DNA from: the human T2T-CHM13v2.0 reference genome, Homo sapiens | Assembly: GCF_009914755.1 (NCBI RefSeq) | Contig: NC_060934.1 | Length of the DNA stretch: 64,000 nucleotides | Direction: 5' to 3' (one strand) | Shown here: in pieces, positions 14,381-30,695 of the stretch | Position numbering within the stretch: the stretch's first letter is position 1 | Layout of the letters: each line of letters opens with the position of its first letter | Translations under genes and position numbers: made by a program | The notes under the pieces: generated by a model | Databases searched by the model: none | Seen by the model: only the letters and a program-made list of their open reading frames with translations | What the model was told of the DNA's origin: nothing

Positions 14381-15102
14381 GAGTGTTTCCCCTGGGTGTA
14401 GTCTCCTCACCCGGCTTCACTGTCCTGCCACTGTCTGTGGCCTGGCTCTGATCTGCAGTGAGGGCGGAGTGCTCCCTTTGCCTGACCTTGCTGTCTGGAT
14501 AGGCTCTTGTGGCTTAGCCAAGAACAGGGTACAGGCAGGCACTGGGGCAGCCACTGAGGGCTGCCACCGGGTTGCCCCGTGGCCAACCTTGTCCAGAAGC
14601 CCCTGCTGGCAGCCCCTGACCTGAGCTCTCCAGACCTCCCTAGCTCTGCTCAGCCTTGCCTCCATCTCCTGGAGGGATGGGGCCCAGACACCCCCATCAG
14701 CTCAGACGGTTTTACAAGTGCCTCAGAGCCTGCCAGCATTTTTTCCCTTAAGTTCTCCTCAATTTAAAAAATTTAAGCCACACCATATGTTACGGCCAGG
14801 GAGGCCTCCAGGGGAGGTGGTTGATCCATGCCTTGGGTCAGCTGTTTCCCTACAATAAACTTTGCACTGCTTTCCCAGTTCTTCCCATAACAGCTTGCTC
14901 TGGAGCCTCATTTACCTCTCACGTGCCCCAGTGCCCCAGATGCAGCGAAGCAAGGTGCTGGCTGAGGAGCTGAGCGAGTGACTGAGGCCCCAGCACTGGC
15001 TCAGAAGACTTTGACCAACTGCAAAGCCACTGTCCCCAAGCCCAGATTGTCCTTGCCTTGGGACCCCTCCTCAGTATGTAGCTTGTGTGTCTCAGCTCTG
15101 AG

Positions 15103-15360
15103 CAGTGCTTCCCAAAAGGTAGACCATAGGAGAGTGGCCAGTGGAGAAGCTCTGTGAAAAAGAACCCTCAGTGGTCAATTACACGTGGGCAGCACTGTAA
15201 TACCATGTCTCCCCCGGTAGATTCACTCAGCATGTGAGCATATTCAAGGCTCTGAGAAGTCCTGCAAGAAAGAAACCTCTTTAACTGTTACCAAAGCATT
15301 TCTCAAAGTTATTGACCATAATTTTTTTTCAATTTTCCATTCTGCTGAGCACACTTTGGG
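15103..15360. mobile_element. hAT-Charlie-type MITE fossil
   Basis: cagtgcttcccaaa start with ggctctgagaagtcctgcaag...aaacc and cacactttggg end. Confidence 0.45.
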
Positions 15361-15964
15361 CTACAGAACACATCCAAGAGCCTCACGCCCACACCTCCTT
15401 CTGCTCCAGCATCCTTTCCTGGGACCTCTCCTGTGGCTTCACACTGGACTGTGGCCACACCATTTCCTAGGCTCACCTGGATGTCCATACCTTGTGGCCT
15501 TTGTTCAGGCTGTGCCCCAGAAGGCCCTTTATGAAGGCGCTGTCCCCTACTCTGTCTTTCTCGCTTCTGTATCCCTGCATGTATTGAGGACACTTGTGTC
15601 AGGCACCACTGTCTGCAGTCATCTCCAACATCCCCAGCTGCACAGAGCCTCTTCTGCCTCTTGTCAGAGTCCGTTGCCCTCACCTGGGTGGTCTCTGAGC
15701 ACACTGTTCCATTGTTGTGATTCTGTGCCCCATGATGGGGATTCTGAGGAGCCCACCTTCAGAGTAGGGCCAACACATAAGCAGATTAACCAAATGCCCC
15801 ACGATGGGAGCAGTGGTGGAGCTGTGCTCAGGGAAGTGTGGGGTCAGGTGAGCTAGAGGACGCTTCCAGGAGGTGATGCTGCTGAATCAGATCTTAAAGG
15901 ATGTGGAGGAGGAAGCTGGACACAAAAGAAGGGGAAGGAGGAGTGGCCTTCATGGGTGCAGTGC

Positions 15965-16150
15965 AGTGGGCATTTGGGGCTATCTGGAGATACTTGTAAT
16001 TGGCAGAATTGTGGGGGAGGGAAGTGCTCCTAGCATCTGATGCGTAGAGGCCATGGATGCCGTTGAACATTCTAGAGTGCACATGGCAGCTTCCTACCCA
16101 GAGTTACCTGGGGGCAAAATGTCAATAGGGCTGAGGTTGAGAAACCTTGG
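15965..16150 (+). mobile_element. MER20 DNA transposon fossil
   Basis: gggcatttgg...tctggaga...tagaggccatggatgcc...aaaatgtcaatagggctgaggttgagaaacc. Confidence 0.75.
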
Positions 16151-17064
16151 CACAGAGGTAGGAAAGCGCACAGGATGGGCAGTGCTGTGGGGGTGGGAAT
16201 GGGGAGGGGGCCCCTCTGAGCTGTAGGCCCTGGGAAGCCATGTTGAGGTGGCAGCAGTGTGGAGTTGCCAGTGCTTCGAGTGCCACTTGTATTTTAGGAC
16301 GATCTCCCTGACCACATGGAGGAGGAATAAGGGGGATGAGGAAGGACTGGAGGCAAGAGGCCATCTGGGGAACAGCCCCAGGTCCCCAAGCTGGGCCAGC
16401 AGCCTTGGGGATGGGGAGGAACAAAGGGCCTTGCGAAACGGCAGAAGGAGGATGCCCTTGGGCTTTTGTCTTGAGTCTCTGGGTGTATGGGGGTGTCCCC
16501 AGGAAAGACAGAGCACAGGATGAGGGCCGTGGGAAGGTCCACCTGCTCTCGGCAGAGGCAGGGGAATTCATTTTGGATGGAGACAGTGGCATCTGCTCTC
16601 TGTGTCCCTGCCCCAGCATGACGCTGGACACATGGTTCTCGATCAATGTGAGTTGGTTGGAATGAAACACTGAGGGGAGCTCTGGAAGCTGCCCTCCGTG
16701 GGCCCGTCAGCTCTCCTGTCTCATGTCTCTGGGGAGCCACGCTTGGCGAGCTCACATCCTGAGGTGTCTGCCATCTTAAAATTGCTGGAAGCCAGGATAG
16801 AAAGCCCCTGCCTAAGCAATGCCTATGCCTTGAGCTCCGTTCTCCCTCACCACGGAGGACGCCCTACAAACCCGTGCCTGAAGTTTTTATCTCAAGAGGC
16901 AAACCCCACTCCGTAGACCCTGCCTCGAATCCTGCATCAGTCGCCCATACAAGGCCAGCTTTGCTTTGGGGGTGTTACAGGGCAACAGCCAAGGGTGGGC
17001 TTGGAAGGGGTTGAAAGCTGTTGGAGAGCTCACAGAAGGGCAGCAGAGTGCTGAGAAGGAGGTG

Positions 17065-17250
17065 AGCTTTAGAGTCAGGTAGACCTGGGTTCAAAGCCAG
17101 ATGTCACCTCTTTGGGCTGCATGGGTTTGGGAAAGTTGCTTAACCTCTCAGTGCCTCAGTTTCCTCATCTGTCAAGGGTGTGGGCCATGATGAGGATCAT
17201 AAATAAAAGCAGCAAGTACTGAGCATGGTAGCTGGGGCATCTTAAGTGCC
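17065..17250 (+). mobile_element. MIR
   Basis: agacctgggttcaaa...aagttgcttaacctctcagtgcctcagtttcctcatctgt. Confidence 0.75.
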
Positions 17251-17420
17251 CAGCAGCAGTGCTTGTCATCTGCCTTTCCCCACCTTCTCCGTGCCTTCAA
17301 AGTCAGGCTGTTGAATGAGGAAATCGTTCAGATGTCGAACTGCCAGCTGTGGAGTGCGAGAGGCCAAGGAAGGGTCGGGAGGGCCTCCAGCTGCAGAGGG
17401 CTGGACAGAGGCAGTGAGCC

Positions 17421-17780
17421 AGTCAGGATGATTTATACTAGCTGCCACAACAAACAAACCCCCAAATCTCAGGGGCTCCTCCCAGCAAAGGTTCATTTCT
17501 TTCTCACGCATCATCTGGTTAGGTCATCAGCTCTTCTGGGTCCTCCCTGGGTGACTCAGGGATCCTGGCTGCTCCTGTGGCCCCACCATCTGGAGTGTGT
17601 TGTCCCATGGTCAGTGCCACAGAGGAAGAGAGGGATGAAGGAGGCACAGAAGCTTTTAAGTGCTTGACCCAGAAGCAACACTCATCACTTCCTCTCGCAG
17701 TCCATGGCCAGTGGGGAGGCTGGGAAAGGCAGAGGAGCATCTGGAATATTAGGTGAGCACACCAGTAAGGCTCCCTGCGT
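17421..17780 (-). mobile_element. Old MLT1 LTR (approximate limits)
   Basis: agtcaggatg...caacaaacaaacccccaaatctcag...gttcatttctttctcac...ggggaggctgggaaa. Confidence 0.55.
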
Positions 17781-18148
17781 ACATTCCCATCCCTCGAGCC
17801 CCAGGTTAAAAACATCACGTGGCAGGCTCGTCTCTGGTGCTGATTAGACAGCCGTGAGCGTGGCGTGTCTTAGGGATTGTCTCGGGTTTGTCAGCTCACA
17901 GAAGCTGGCCAGCGGGCCACAGTTGGATCTGAGTGTGTGCTGGGCTCTGAAGAGAGCTGAGCAGCTCACCTTCTACCCTCCAGTTCTACAGCCCAGAAGT
18001 GATACAGGTGACAGGTATTCAGGAGAGGGGAGGGTCACTCCGAGCTGAGGTGGCCCAGGAAATGTTCCCATTGTAATAATAATAATAAGTGAAAACAGAA
18101 TTATATTTCATCCAGCATTACAGATGACTTTTTGAAATACCAATTTTA

Positions 18149-18477
<329 letters not shown>

Positions 18478-18728
18478 CTATTGGTATAATTCTCATACCA
18501 TAGAACTAATTCTTTTAAAGTACAATTCTATGGTTTTAAAAAGATTCAAAATCTTATAACCATCACTGCTTTCTGATTCCAGGGCATTTTATCACCCCAA
18601 GAAGAAACTGTTGTACCTGTTAGCAGTCACTCCCTGTTCCCCTTTCCTCCCAGGCCCTGACAGCCACTAATCTACTTTCTGTCTCCAGGCCTATTTCAGA
18701 CATTTCATATAAATGGAATATCATATAA

Positions 18729-19042
<314 letters not shown>

Positions 19043-19206
19043 GACTGGTTTCTTTTGTAGCATAATGTTTTTAAGATTCATCCACATTGTAACATGTATC
19101 AGCACTTCACTCCTTTTTATGGCTGAATGATATTCCATTGTAAAGATACAACACATTTATTTAGTTATCTGCTCATCATTTGATGGACACTTGTGTTATT
19201 TCTACC

Positions 19207-19513
<307 letters not shown>

Positions 19514-22500
19514 TGCTTCTATTTTTTGTTTCTACATTTTTGCTCTTGTGGAATAATAATGCTGTGAAAATGCAGGTACAAGTTTTTGTGTAGACATGTT
19601 TCATTGGGGTATATACATAGGAGTAGAATTGCTGGGTCATGTGGTAACTCTATGTTTAAACTTTTGAGGAACTGCTGGGCTGTTCTTCAAAGCACTGTAC
19701 CATTTTAAATTCCCACCAGCAGGGTTCCAGTTTTGCCAAAACCTCATCAACACTTGCTATTTTCTGTGTTTTTTATTTTATCCATCTTAGTGGGTGTGAA
19801 GTGGTGTCTTGATGTGATTCTGATTCATACTTCCCTAATAATTAATAATGTTGAACACCCTTTCTTGTGCTTTTTGGCCACTTGTGTAACTTCTGTGGGA
19901 AATGTCTATTCAGATTCTTTGTTCATTTTTGAATTGGGTTGTTTGTCTTTAATGTCAAGTCATAAGAGTTCTTCATATGTTCAGGATACAAGGTCCTTAT
20001 CAGTATATGACTTACACATATTTTCTCCCATTCTGTGGGTTGTCTTTTCACTTTCTTGATAGCGTCCTTTGAATCACAAAGGTTTTTCGTTTTGATGACA
20101 TTCAGCCTTCATTTTTGTTACTTGTTTTTAAATAACTTGTTTTCATTTTGTCTTACCTGTCCTTGTAAGAAGGCCTCAGTTTTTGAAGGGAAAGGGTGTG
20201 TATGGAAACAAAGTAAAGAAATCCTAATGTACATTTAGCCCCATGACCCGGTCTTCCTTTGAAGAACGAGAGCCCCACTGCCTGTTGGAAAGATCAGGGC
20301 CAGGGGGCCAGGCCTGGTCCTTCATGGACATTCAGCCCCTTATCCCCTGGTTGACATGACAACATCCCAGGGGCTTTGAGCCCTTCCATTCCTAGGACTG
20401 CACGGGCCTCTTACAGACTTGCTCCTGGAACTTCCTGGCAGCTCCCCAAGATGGGTATTAGTGTACCCATTTTACAGATCAGGTAACTGAGATTTGGGAA
20501 GAGAAGAGGCTGGTCCAGAATGGGGAAGCGCCTGCGTGACCTGCTTTGGCAGTGTTACTTGTAGGACATTTTGCTGCGGCTCATTTTAATTGGGCCGGTG
20601 AGCAACAGTGCTGATCTCCATGGTTGCAGTGCCCCACCGCAATTACTAAGGTCTGGCAAGGGGGGTGCCAGTTTTGATGTGGCTTTGTTAGGGACTATCA
20701 GTGGATTCTAGGGGAAGCTCAAACCCAGTCCTGGTCCTGCTGAAAGGGCCTGCGTGGGTTCTTCCCGGACAAGGGGGTGGACAGGTGGGTTGGGGCAGGC
20801 TTCTGGGGAACTGGTATGGCGTCCTTCTGTGGGGTACTGGGAAGGCCGTTGTGCAGGCAGCTCTTAGAGCGCATTTCTTGCCAAAGGTCTGCAGGCAGGA
20901 TATTGTTCTCTGGGCCCTCCATAGATGCAGGGCTGCCTCTTTGTTTCAATAAACAATGATAGGGTAAGACAGGGAAGTTGGTTCTTGTGAAGGGGGAAGT
21001 TACCCATCAGCCTGTTTCCACACAAACGAAATCTATTCGTAGTGCTTGTTGGGCTCTCTGGAAAACATCCACATTTTATAAAGTCAAGAGCTTGAATGAA
21101 AGGAAATAATAACGACTCCAAATTCCCTCCTCTGGCTCCCCACCCCCACCCAGGCACCAGCGTCAGGAAGCCGAACAAACCCACGCAGGCTGGGCCACGG
21201 CTCCTCGGCCTCTGGCACAGGCAGTCAGCTTCATCCTTGTCCCCAGGACCTCATGCAACCCCAGTCCTGCCACTTTCCAGCTCTGCATCCTTGGAGCCTC
21301 AGTTTCCCCAACTGAGTATGGGGCTGATAAAAATGGCGCCTACCTGTGCTTGTGGCCATCAGTCATTCTCTAGCACTTGCGTGGTTTTGGCCATGTTTGC
21401 AGACTACCCTTAACAGTTACCTATACAACGATTTTCTTTAAATCAACTTATCTTTTAACTTAAAATAGATGCGTTTTAAAAGGAAACCTTGTACCAGGAA
21501 CATGCCTGGAGAACCAGTATTGATTTGTCATACATAAAGGTAACTGGAAAAATTAAGATTAAATCCAAGCTAGATACTCTATTGTCTGCCTGAGGTTCTG
21601 AGCCTGAAGGCTTTGTCCTTGTCATTTTAAAGGAGATTAGTGAATGTGAGAGCCCTGATGACAGGACGGTAGCACTGCCTGCGACTTTCTACTTCATGAT
21701 GGAAGGCTTGCAGGAGATCCAAAGAGAATCACTTTTTCACCGAGTGATTCAATATTATCTAATTGTGTCCCTGTACTTCCTAAGACCTCTCATCATCTTT
21801 AGAAGATGCTGGGCTAACTCTCTGCTTCCTAGCTATGATGCGTTATGGAAATGGAAATGCTGGCTTGTTTTTGTTAGAGACAGCATGACCTAGGGCAAAG
21901 AGCACTGGACTGGGAGTCAGGCTCATTCCTGATCTCCCTTCCTGGGGTCCATGGCCCTGGTCCTGCTTAGAGTCTGCCTGATCATCCAACCAATTCATGA
22001 TCTCCAGGGCAACCAAGGGTGTGAAATATGGGAAGCTTGGGCAAATGGCTCCCTTCCAAGTACCTGTCCCATTCTCCCTGGGGCTTGGGGTCCCAGACAC
22101 TGGCCCTGGACCCGGCTCTTCATCTCTACTGAGATTGCCCGGCCCTCATTTCCCAGTCCCCGGAACAGGTCATCCTGTTGTCAATTAATCTAGTGAGCTC
22201 AGACTCCACCTTCACTTGAGCAGAGGGTCTGGCTGGGCAGCTGCCCCTGCTGGGCCATCTACCAGCATTTCCAGCTTCCTGTCACAGCCTTGCGTACAGG
22301 CTGGAGGGCGGAAGAGGATTGAAAAGAAAACTTGAGAAAGGGACTTCCAGGAGTTTTCTCAAGCAACAGTAGTGAGGGACAGGGGTTGGGCCTCTTCCAC
22401 TTCCACTTCTGGGAGCAGCAGAGAGAGGAATTCACAAATCAAGCCACATGTGTGCTCATGAGCTGTCTTGGGACAGCTAGCATTTATTGAGCTACTACTG

Positions 22501-23283
22501 TAGCCTAGAACTTCATATTCCATGTTTTGCTAAGTCCTCATCACAGCCATATAAAATAACAAGAAGTGGAGGCTCACTCAGGATGGGCGCCCAGGGAAAT
22601 CTCAGGGGCTGCCCAGTTCTGGGCCCCGCACGCAGTTTTATCTGCAGATTCCCAGCGTGCAAACAGATAAAAAGATCTGTGGTTGACAAAGCTGGGGGCT
22701 GGACTTCTCTTTTTCCTCCCTTCCGCTTCCCCTTCCCCTTCCCCAGGCTCTGACTTTGAGGAGAACATTTAGGGTTCTGTGGATCCCAGTTTAAGCACCA
22801 TGGAGCTGAGCTAAACTCCTCATTTCCTAGATAAAGAAACTGAGGCCCCGAGAGGCCCAGCTTGGAAGAGGAGACTGGAATCTTCCTTGTGGGGCTTTCT
22901 ATAACTCTGTGCTAGAAACAAGGAGAGGAGGCCTCAAAAGGGATGCTTACTGACTTGGTTTTCCTTCTCCCACTGGGGATGGCCGGCAGCTGGGTTTCAA
23001 TTCCTCTGAGGTGCTTTTTCTTTAAGCCAGTAAGTGTCTAAATGCTGAGACATTCGTAATGTCTGTGCAAAGCAGAGAAGTTGGCTGTTGCCGGAAGTTC
23101 TACTAGTTAAGCACTAAGTCATTAACTCTCTGGGTTTTAGTGGAAGAGGTGAGAGAAAATAGCATTAATTTAGCACCTACTGTATGCGACATGCTTGATA
23201 GCTTTAGTGCATTCTATCTTCATGACTATCCTATGTAGTAGACACTATTGTCCTTGTTTTACCCAGGCAGTCAGAGTTCTTTA

Positions 23284-23942
<659 letters not shown>

Positions 23943-23944
23943 TG

Positions 23945-24465
23945 GCAGAAAACACAGATGCAAACAGATACTAGTGTGCAAATATTTATAGCAGCATTAT
24001 CACAATGGCCAAAAAATGGCAACAACCAAAGTATCCATCAACGGATGAATGGATAAGCAAAAGTGGTCTATCACTACACTGCAGTGTTCAACCATATAAA
24101 GGAATGAAGCGCTAATACATGCCCCAATGTGGATGAACCTTGAAAACATTATGTGAACTGAAAGAAGCCAGACATAAAAGGCCACATATTGTGTGATTCC
24201 ATTTCTATGAGGTATCTAGAATAGACAAATCCATAGAGGCAGAAAGTAAGTTAGCATCTACCAGGGGGCACGTGGGAGGGAGGGAGTAGGGAGTTGCTGC
24301 TTAACAGGTACAGAGTGTCTGTTGGGGTGATAAATATTTTTGGAACAAGATAGAGGTGATGGTTGCCATGATGAACGTAATGAATGCCACTGAATTGTAC
24401 ACTTTAAAATGGTTGAAATGGTGAAGTTTATGCTATGTCTATTTTACCACAATGAAAGAAAAAGA
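23945..24465 (+). mobile_element. L1MB-like 3' end
   Basis: gcagcattatcacaatggccaaaa...tccatcaacggatgaatggataa...gccactgaattgtacactttaaaatgg...A-rich end. Confidence 0.85.
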
Positions 24466-27423
24466 GCAAGAAAAGAGTGGAATGTAAGCTGGCCTGTCCG
24501 ATGCTGGAGCCTGTGATCTTTCTCTTCCTCTGCGTTGTCTTCTTGAAAGTTAACCAAAGACAAAAGTTCCCACTGAATCAGCTTCCCAGGTGTAGCAGGG
24601 GGCAAGCAGCAAGGCCGGGGAATGAGCAAGCCCCGGAGGCGGTGTCGGGCTGACGTCCAGAGGCTGTGCATGCCAGCGCCCTCCGGGGCCCAGCCCAGCT
24701 CCTGACCCCCAACCTGGGCCTCGGCTTCCACTCTGCGCTGTGTCCTTAGCATCTTCTCACGTCACAGTCTCCTGCGCGGCATATTTCATGACTGTGTAAT
24801 TGTCCTTCAAATAGACACACCCCACCCCTCACCAACCTTTCCTGGAAAACAAATTGTCTTTGCCCACAGCCTGATTTCATCTTGGCGCCTCCTGACGCCC
24901 TTGAGGCTGATGTGCCTTGCTGGAGCTCCTCACAGTGGGCCAGGGCAGGCCCATCTAGGTCCTTTTTCCTTTCTCATGACCATCCAGGTCAGAAAATTGG
25001 AGGTTCCTTTGATGCTGGCAGAGCTGGCTCTGCCTCTGACCCTGTCCTTAATGTGTGTGCATAGTGTTTCCTGTCCAGAATGCCTCTCTTTTGGAGTGGC
25101 GGCAGACAGAAGACTCAGCCACAGGCTTCCTGAGGGCACCCCCAACTCTGTCCTGGGTGGCAGTGATCCTGGTCCCTGTGGCTTGGCAGGCCCTCCCCAT
25201 CCGTGGACCTTGGGCAGAGAAGTGGCATCACGTGGCTGAGGTGAGGGGCAGGTTCTCTTGAATTTCCTGGCTCGTAGGAGATTCCTGCCCCCTGCCCCCC
25301 AACCCCTTTATTTCGCAGCCCGAAGGGATGAAGTCTTCACTGGAGAAAAATCCAACATGATTTCGGATTGAGGAGGGTGGTGGGTGTTCTGGAAGAAGGA
25401 AAGTTGGCGGGCCCTGCCCTCGCCTATCACGCACAAAGAATGAGGGACACTCCCCACCGTTTCCCCACCGTGAACATCCCCAGCACCTCAGGGCCTGGGC
25501 TCCATGTGTCAGTGACCTGCATGTGGTTGCATTGGCCTGAGCGGAGCTGGCTGCATGCAAACCACTGGCCAGGAAGAATCCCACTCCTGCTGCTGCTCCT
25601 GCAGCTGCGCCGGGTCCCGCGAGCCCCCGCGTGCGCGGCCTGTGTAAACAGTGCGTCATCTCCTGTTGCACACTTTGGGCCTGCGGGTCACGACCAGGGA
25701 TTATCAAATTGACAGAGCTCAGCTGGCCTCTCACTCCACGTCCGGGCACATTGCATTTTGTTAATTATCGTCTTTTGCTTTTGACGTAAAGGGTCGGGGT
25801 CTGGGTCAGGGTCACTGTGTATTTTCCTTTCCTTCTCATTAAAGTTGCCCAGCTCTCAGGGCCCCCAGTTAAATTCTGCCAGCGTTTAAAGATATCTTCC
25901 CTCGCTTCCCGACCCCTAAGCGCACTTCTTCCTTATTTCTGTGAAGCCACTGGAATAGCAAAGGAAATGTGGGTCAGGGTCTTTCAAACCCAGTCCATTT
26001 TATTTTTCTTGAAGGGCTGCAGCTATTTCTGAAGGGCTGGGTTTTTCTACTTTGTTGGCCCAGAGAACATGACACGCTGGGTCTCAGGCTGACCAGGTCA
26101 GCAGGGCACTGTGAAGGGGCTGGAACCACCCCCGACGCTTTGCAGCCCCAAGGCAAGGCTTGCTCCCAGCACTTCCCAGCCACACGGCCCTCACTTGGTT
26201 GCTCATAGCCCTGAGCCTGCTGTCTGCCTGTGATCCTCAGTGCAACCCTACCATCTGAAAGGGGTCTAGAAAAGTGTCAGTTCTGCCATTAGGAAAAGTG
26301 AATTCATCCAGAGCTCTAGTCTTGGAAGAGTTCCTAGCGCACAAATGGCATGAGCTGGAGGATAGAAGGGTCCTCCCTATTGCCTGGCTAAACCCCCTTT
26401 ACCCTTTGGGCCATGATCAAACCTCTCCACAGCCGTGGAGCCACCTGTGTCTAAAGAGGCCACCTCTGTGAGCGCTCTCTCCTAGGTGCTGAGGGGCTGT
26501 GACCTGCACTCTACAGCCTGCAGTCCTTGCTGACCTTGAACTCCTGCCATTGGCCAACAGAGTTGGTCTCTGGGGTCCTTAGGGTGGACCTCATGGCCTG
26601 GGCACAGAATGGGCACTCAGGGAACCCGTATGGCTGATGGACCCCAGCTGAAGAAGCTTTCCGACTGGTCACTGGAGCAGTGGCCCCACCTCCACCTCTG
26701 CTCACAAAGACAGCTCCCATGCCTTGAAGTCTCTTCCTGGCCTGGTGGAAAACCCAGCTACCCTCATGGTCACCACCAAAGAGGTACAAGAGATCCTCAG
26801 CCAAAGAATTAAGGAGGTTGCAAGAGTGGTGGTGTGTGTCTGCACCATGATGGAGTCACAGGCCTTTCGTGGATGCTGGTTACTTCTGAACACTGTGTCA
26901 TGGTGTCACTCCCACTTTCTCCTCCGCCAGACACACAAGACTCCAGAGAGCCCAGAGACCCCTTAGACTCTAGGTCTTTGGACTGTTCACCAAGGAAAGA
27001 TAAAAATGGCAGACTGGATGCCATCTTCCTAAAGGCATCATGGCCTCTGGAAGGGCCCTGGAGAGGCCCCTTTGAGAGTTGGAGACAAGGGAAGATCCAG
27101 AGTTTCTTTGAGGGGGGACTGAAGCTTAAATAACTTGCTGAGCATGCTTTTTAAGAAAAAGAATAGGAGGTTAGGTACAAAAGTGAATATTGAGAAGGAG
27201 AAAAGAAATCACAACAAATTACTGAGGGCTTGGAGATTCATATCCTTTTCATCTGTGACCTCAATTTCCCGGAAGTGCTTCTGTAGAAATGCTCTGTCTC
27301 CCAAGATAGAGCATTCTGTAGCTCCCAGGACTACAAATAAAGGACTACTCCGTCTCAATTAACAAACAAACAAACAAAACCCTAAAGCTTCGGCCTCCTC
27401 AGCTTCATTGCAGATCTGCTTCT

Positions 27424-27745
<322 letters not shown>

Positions 27746-30144
27746 TGATTGGAGGCTGTGCCCACCTTCATGGGAAACGGTGAGCATCACCTTCCTTTGA
27801 ACTCAAAAGAGGCACAGTGAGTGCCTTCCAGCCTCGATCACGAGGACCTCTACCCACAGGCTGCCGGTCCGGTGTGTCTCTGCCCGGCAGGGCTGTGCCT
27901 GGCACGGTGCCCGGGCCGTGCAGTCCATCGCCTGGGCTGACCACGAGGACACCCCGGTGAAGAGCTGGGCGTGCTTGGGCCGAGGGCTGCTGGATGTTGG
28001 CATCAGGCCCAGGGTGGAGGGAGGGACAGGCCACGAGCCCGCACAGCTCGTGAGCGTGTGGCCGGACTGATTTATTTTTCTCCCCAGTGACCCCGAAAAC
28101 CAAACCCTGCCTTCTTTCCTTTGGTCTGTTCTTGTCTGGGGCTTGTGGATCACGTCTCCTGCCTGGCCATGGACAGAGAAAGGAACCACTCCAGACGGAC
28201 GTGAGGGTGTGTGGCAGTGGCTTTTCCACATGGCCCTGAAGGTTTTGATTAAAAAGGTGGAAGAATGGTGCTTTTTCTTCCTGTCAGCCAGGCCTTAAAT
28301 CAACCCTCAAGTGAGGAAATGCTCTCTGCGCCTGCTGCTCAGCAAACCTTTTTCTCTGGTTGTGACCGTATGAGCATGTTTAATTGCAAGCCAGGGTTTA
28401 GGGTTGGAACAGCCCCCATTCGCCCCACCACCCTCTGCTTTCCCCACCCCAGACCCCGTCGCTGCAGCTGGGTGAGCAGGGCTGAGTGAGCTCAGGGAAT
28501 CGGAGCTCGGCGAGACGAGGGGAGCTCTTGGCCGTGTGAAGAGCACTTGGAGGCCTCCTGCTCACCTGGCCTAAGCCCCTGATTTTGCAGATGGTGAATT
28601 CGTCTGGATTCTTGGCAGCAAGTGGCAGATACTTTCCTCCCAGTTGCTCAAACAAAGAGGGAATTTACTGCAGAGATGAGGAGGAGGGCGTTCTCTCCTA
28701 TGGTCAAATGAAACCATGAGACCGACACGGCGGTACCTAGGCTGGGAACCCCCGAACCAGGGCACTTCTCCCCCACCCAGCAACCCTATCCTACAGTTTC
28801 TTCCTGAGATGGCCACGGCCCCTCCATCTGGTTTTAATTAAGAAAATTCCTTAGCACTGTGATTGGCCCAGCATGTTACAAAGGCAGGAGGCAGACCAGA
28901 TGACCCCATAAAGGACCTTCTGGTGGACAGACCTGCTATTCTCTATCTCCTTCTTTCCTGCTGTGAACGTTCACACTCATGCACACAGGCGCGTGCACAC
29001 ACACACACACTTATCCAACAAGCATATTGAGCACCTACTATGTGCCAGGAACATCATCAGTTCATTCAGCAAAGCAGAGTGGAGAGATTGCAGGGTTTGG
29101 AACTGGGCAGGCCTGGATTTGCGTCTCAGGTCTGCTACTTGCTAAGCGTTCCGTCTGCGGGCATTTGCGGAACCCTCACAGCACACTTGGTGCCGTGCTG
29201 CATTCCATCCTGATAAGCAGGAATGAGACCACATTCCTCCTTTCACAGAGCTCTCTAGGGCTCTGTTTCCACATCTGTGACCCCGGAACAGTAAGCCCCC
29301 ACCTCACAGTGTTGTTCTGGAGAGCAACAGGAGTAAAAATTTATGAGAAAACCCACATCAAGGCCCAGCACAACGCCTGCCTCTCTCAGGGGCCGTGACT
29401 GTTAGGCCGGCCCGTCCCTCAGGCGCCCACAGCAGCCTCCAGCCCTGGCTCCTGCTAAAGACCCGACTCCCACCCCTGCCCCCGCCCAGGCCAGGCTTCC
29501 CGTAGCTGACGCAGATCCCCTCGAGGAGGGTCAAGGGGCGGCCAGGGTATGGTTGTGGGAGTGCCCCTCCTCTGTTCCCGCCCCGGAGGAGAAATGAGGG
29601 TGGCCTCCCAAGAAATGACCTCCACCCCATGACAGCAGAACAGGGCAGCCCCCTTGTGTGGAAGGAAGGGGACCCCTGGGAGCCCCTTTCTTCCAGAGAG
29701 TCTCTCTCTCCTGCTCAGCCTTCCTGAAAGCTGAGCCTGTCCACGTTGGGAAATTGCAAATAGTTTACATGGGGAATGTCAGCTGCCCACATATGAAAAT
29801 ATACACATCATTAAGCCCTAAGTGCTTGCGTCTGGAGATAGAGTGGACAGTCTCCCGGGCCGACCTTTTGTCCACTGACGGAACCATGGCTAATGAGCGC
29901 GGAGCTCCTCAGTGGGATGTTTTCCTCTACTGAAGTGAAGCATATGTTGGACGTTAGCGTGTGTGTGTGTGTGAGAGAGAGAGACACATGACAGCACTAT
30001 ACAAACACCATTGGTCAAAACACACAGAGTCCACCGCACCTCCTTATCCAGCCCCCATGGGCCTCCAGGGAGGGCTTGTTCCTCAACACCACATCCTCCT
30101 GCACACTGTCTAGGAAGGAATGTGGCATCCTTGGAGTACATGCT

Positions 30145-30695
<551 letters not shown>

